NCBI GenBank assembly: GCA_965116025.1
Contig: OZ220480.1
Span: 544,001 to 608,000 of the forward strand
Origin: an uncultured candidatus Porisulfidus sp.
Lineage (GTDB): Bacteria > Pseudomonadota > Gammaproteobacteria > Poriferisulfidales > Poriferisulfidaceae
Reading direction: 5' to 3'
DNA: 64,000 bases
Numbering within the stretch: the stretch's first letter is position 1; each line of letters opens with the position of its first letter. Shown here piece after piece: positions 61,541 through 64,000 of this stretch. The position numbers were made by a program, and so were the translations under genes. A model generated the notes under the pieces. It was not told the DNA's origin, searched no databases, and saw only the letters and a program-made list of their open reading frames with translations.

Positions 61541-62289
61541 ATTATCGTTATCAGCGACCGTCAGCATCCTGTGCGGGGACAAGCTTTCGACCGTGAAAGG
61601 ACCAGCGACGCGAACGCGAGTCTCATCCTGGAATGGTTTGTCGTATAGGTATTCAGTATCCGCCATACCTGCGATAGAGTCATCAATCTTCTTTTGTCGG
61701 GCGATACGCGCCTCCCACCACTGCTCATGCGCGGACACCGCGTCATCCGGCCAATCCCTTTCAGCCTCTCGTGGAATTTCCCACTCTTCCCAAGCCTTTC
61801 TGAGACTGTTATTGAGTTGGGCGCGGAGAGGCTCCAAGGTATCTTGCCAGGTCCGCCAAATTACGTCTATTTCGGCATTGTTAGCAATCGAACCCAGCGT
61901 GATGTGGGGCACCTGTTTGTAGACGAAGCCATGACGGAGATCACCGCAAGTAGGGTCACCCGAAGGAGCCCGCCCAGAGATTTCAGATTCATTCTTTTGC
62001 CCCTCTGGGCTATCAGCCAAAATGTAGTAAGGGTAGCGCGCCGCCATGATTCGAGATCGTGCCAAAGCCAAGGCGACGCGCGAGGTGTCTATGGTGATCC
62101 AGCGCCGTCCCCACTCCTCGGCAACATAAGCGGTGGTGCCAGAACCACAAGTTGGATCCAGAACTAAATCACCGGGGTCTGTAGTCATCAGGATGCAGCG
62201 TGAAACTGGTTTTTTAGAAGTCTGCACAACGTAGGATTTAAAGATTTCGGGACCTGTGTCATTCCAAGAATTCGGAATCTCAAAAGCTA

Positions 62290-63454
62290 GTGTAGTGTAA
62301 TCTAATTATAGATATTTATACTTGCTTGGCGCGGAGGGGCGCCAGCTTGTCCAGGATCTGCTCGGGCGTCTTGCTCCACGAGAACGGCTTCGGGTCGGCG
62401 TTGTGATGATCCAGAAAATCGTGGATCGCCCGGGTCAGCTCCCGCACGCTTCGGAACACCCCCCGCCGCACGCGCCGCTCCGTCAGCTCCCGGAAGAACC
62501 GCTCCACCAGGTTCAGCCAGGACGCCGAGGTCGGCGTGAAGTGGACGTGGAAACGCGGCCGCCGCGCGAACCATTCCCTCACCTTGCGATGCTTGTGGGT
62601 GGCGTAGTTGTCCACGATCAGGTGGACCTCCAGCTCCTTCGGGACATGCCCGTCGATCTCCCGCAGGAAGCGCAGGAACTCGACATGCCGATGGCGCTGG
62701 TAGCAACGCCCGAACACCGTGCCGTCCACGGCGTTCAGGGCCGCGAACAAGGTGGTGGTCCCGTGCCGCTTGTAGTCGTGCGTCATGGTTCCGGCGCGCC
62801 CCTTCTTCATCGGCAATCCGGGCTGGGCGCGATCCAGCGCCTGGATCTGCGACTTCTCGTCGACGCACAGGACCAAGGCATGCTCAGGCGGGTCCAGATA
62901 CAGCCCGACGACGTCGCGCAGCTTCTCGACGAAGCGCTCGTCGGTGGACAGCTTGAACGTTTGGACCAGATGCGGCTTCAGCCCGTGCGCGCGCCAGATC
63001 TTGTGAACGGTGGCGTGGCTCACCCCGGCGTGCTGAGCCATGCCACGGGTCGACCAATGCGTGGCCTGTTCGGGAGCGTCATGCAGGGTGTCCTCGACGA
63101 TGCGCTTGACCACGTCGTCGCCGTAGGTCCGCTTGCGCCCTCGCCCAGGACGGTCGGACAGCCCGGCCAAGCGCCGCTCGGCGAAGCGGTTCCTCCACTT
63201 CGCCACCGTGCTGGCGCTCGCGTCCAGTTGATCGGCGATGTCGATGGTGCGCCGGCCCTCGGCGGCGAGCAGCACGACGCGAGCGCGAAACGCGTCGCGA
63301 ACGCTGGAGAGGCTCGAGCGAGCCGTCTCGCTCAGGGCGGCGAGCTCCTCGGCGCTGAGCTCGATGGGAATGGCGCGTCGCATGCGATTCTCCTCCTGAT
63401 CATGGCAATCCGGCGAAGTGTAGCATAAATATATATTATTGACGTACACTACAC
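62290..63454 (-). mobile_element. IS630-family insertion sequence (1165 bp)
   Basis: Imperfect TIRs starting gtgtagtgta; TA duplicated at 62288-62289 and 63455-63456 within a CTAG target; much higher GC than the host gene. Confidence 0.95.
62316..63383 (-). CDS. IS630-family DDE transposase
   Basis: LCVDEKSQIQ, YKRHGTTTLFAAL, IVDNYATH and SWLNLVERFF motifs; SD aggaggag before ATG 63383. Confidence 0.96.
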   Translation of the reverse strand: MRRAIPIELSAEELAALSETARSSLSSVRDAFRARVVLLAAEGRRTIDIADQLDASASTVAKWRNRFAERRLAGLSDRPGRGRKRTYGDDVVKRIVEDTLHDAPEQATHWSTRGMAQHAGVSHATVHKIWRAHGLKPHLVQTFKLSTDERFVEKLRDVVGLYLDPPEHALVLCVDEKSQIQALDRAQPGLPMKKGRAGTMTHDYKRHGTTTLFAALNAVDGTVFGRCYQRHRHVEFLRFLREIDGHVPKELEVHLIVDNYATHKHRKVREWFARRPRFHVHFTPTSASWLNLVERFFRELTERRVRRGVFRSVRELTRAIHDFLDHHNADPKPFSWSKTPEQILDKLAPLRAKQV

Positions 63455-64000
63455 TAGATAATCATCGTAATAGTGCCTTGCCCTAAGTGCAGTATCATCA
63501 ACATGAATCCTAGATGCTCTGCAGAGTCTTTCAAACCCGATTAGCGAATATCTCCAACTTCTCATTGAGGGTATTTGCCAATCGGACCCGAATGCCTTTC
63601 TAGGCTCATTGTCCCCGGAAGCCATTGAGTGCACAGGAAGTTTTTGGTAGGGCCTCGACCCATCTGGACATTTGGAAGAATCTGCGCGCTCTTCCAACGT
63701 CATAGGCCTATGGCGCTGCTGGCCCAAGTCCAACTGATTGTACGTAACCGTGTTAACTTGCTTACCCTTTTCCGCCAATAATTTGCGGAACTTAATCTCC
63801 TCTGAATTTTTGCAGTACCAAACAATAAAGTTCGAGATGCTCTTAACTGAATTTTTTCGGGTTGTGCCACTGCTCGTCCGATAGGTGATGAGATTGACAA
63901 AATTATCTGCCCCAAACACCTCATCCATTAATGCTCGAATACGATGCACATTCGCTTCCCCTATCTGCACAAAAATAGAGCCGCTTTCTGCCAACAAATC

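Larger units (their letters stand above)
60731..64000 (-). pseudogene. Large Mod-like (type III-type) adenine DNA methyltransferase, split by IS630, with internal C23 tract; 5' end beyond window
   Basis: GSIFVQIG...MDEVFG in the upstream piece; PGDLVLDPTCGSGTT in the downstream piece; removing the IS and one TA gives continuous YYDDYL-AFEIPNSWNDTGPEIFKSYVVQTS. Confidence 0.9.

Overview
GC-rich bacterial chromosome segment; gene content and order point to a Gammaproteobacterium (inference). The core backbone is znuA with a Zur box, a CDF zinc exporter, an aa3 cytochrome c oxidase operon with assembly genes, hemE, gltD, rpsU, tsaD, rpiA, cca, uppP, folM/folK/folB, tRNA-Leu(CAG), tupBCA, a Pot-like ABC operon with two binding proteins, pduO, bcp and cysG. 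Accessory DNA is interleaved: several toxin-antitoxin modules, a Fic protein, a DUF1640 protein, an orphan MTase, a deleted IS derivative with intact ends and an intact IS630. Top signals: (1) Three 22-23 nt G/C homopolymers lie inside coding sequence. Two are in the conserved signal-peptide region of paralogous autotransporters (both out of frame as assembled). One is in a Mod-like DNA methyltransferase (in frame) that is also split by IS630. Together they look like contingency or phasevarion loci. (2) A tightly coupled operon encodes 5-formyl-THF cyclo-ligase, an Ftr/FhcD formyltransferase and FolD, suggesting an Ftr wired to folate rather than methanopterin chemistry. (3) An NYN-domain RNase gene is preceded by two copies of a two-hairpin C(UUCG)G RNA motif, a candidate RNA-controlled toxin system. 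All product calls come from motif recognition by eye; no database searches were run, and homopolymer lengths may be assembly-dependent.
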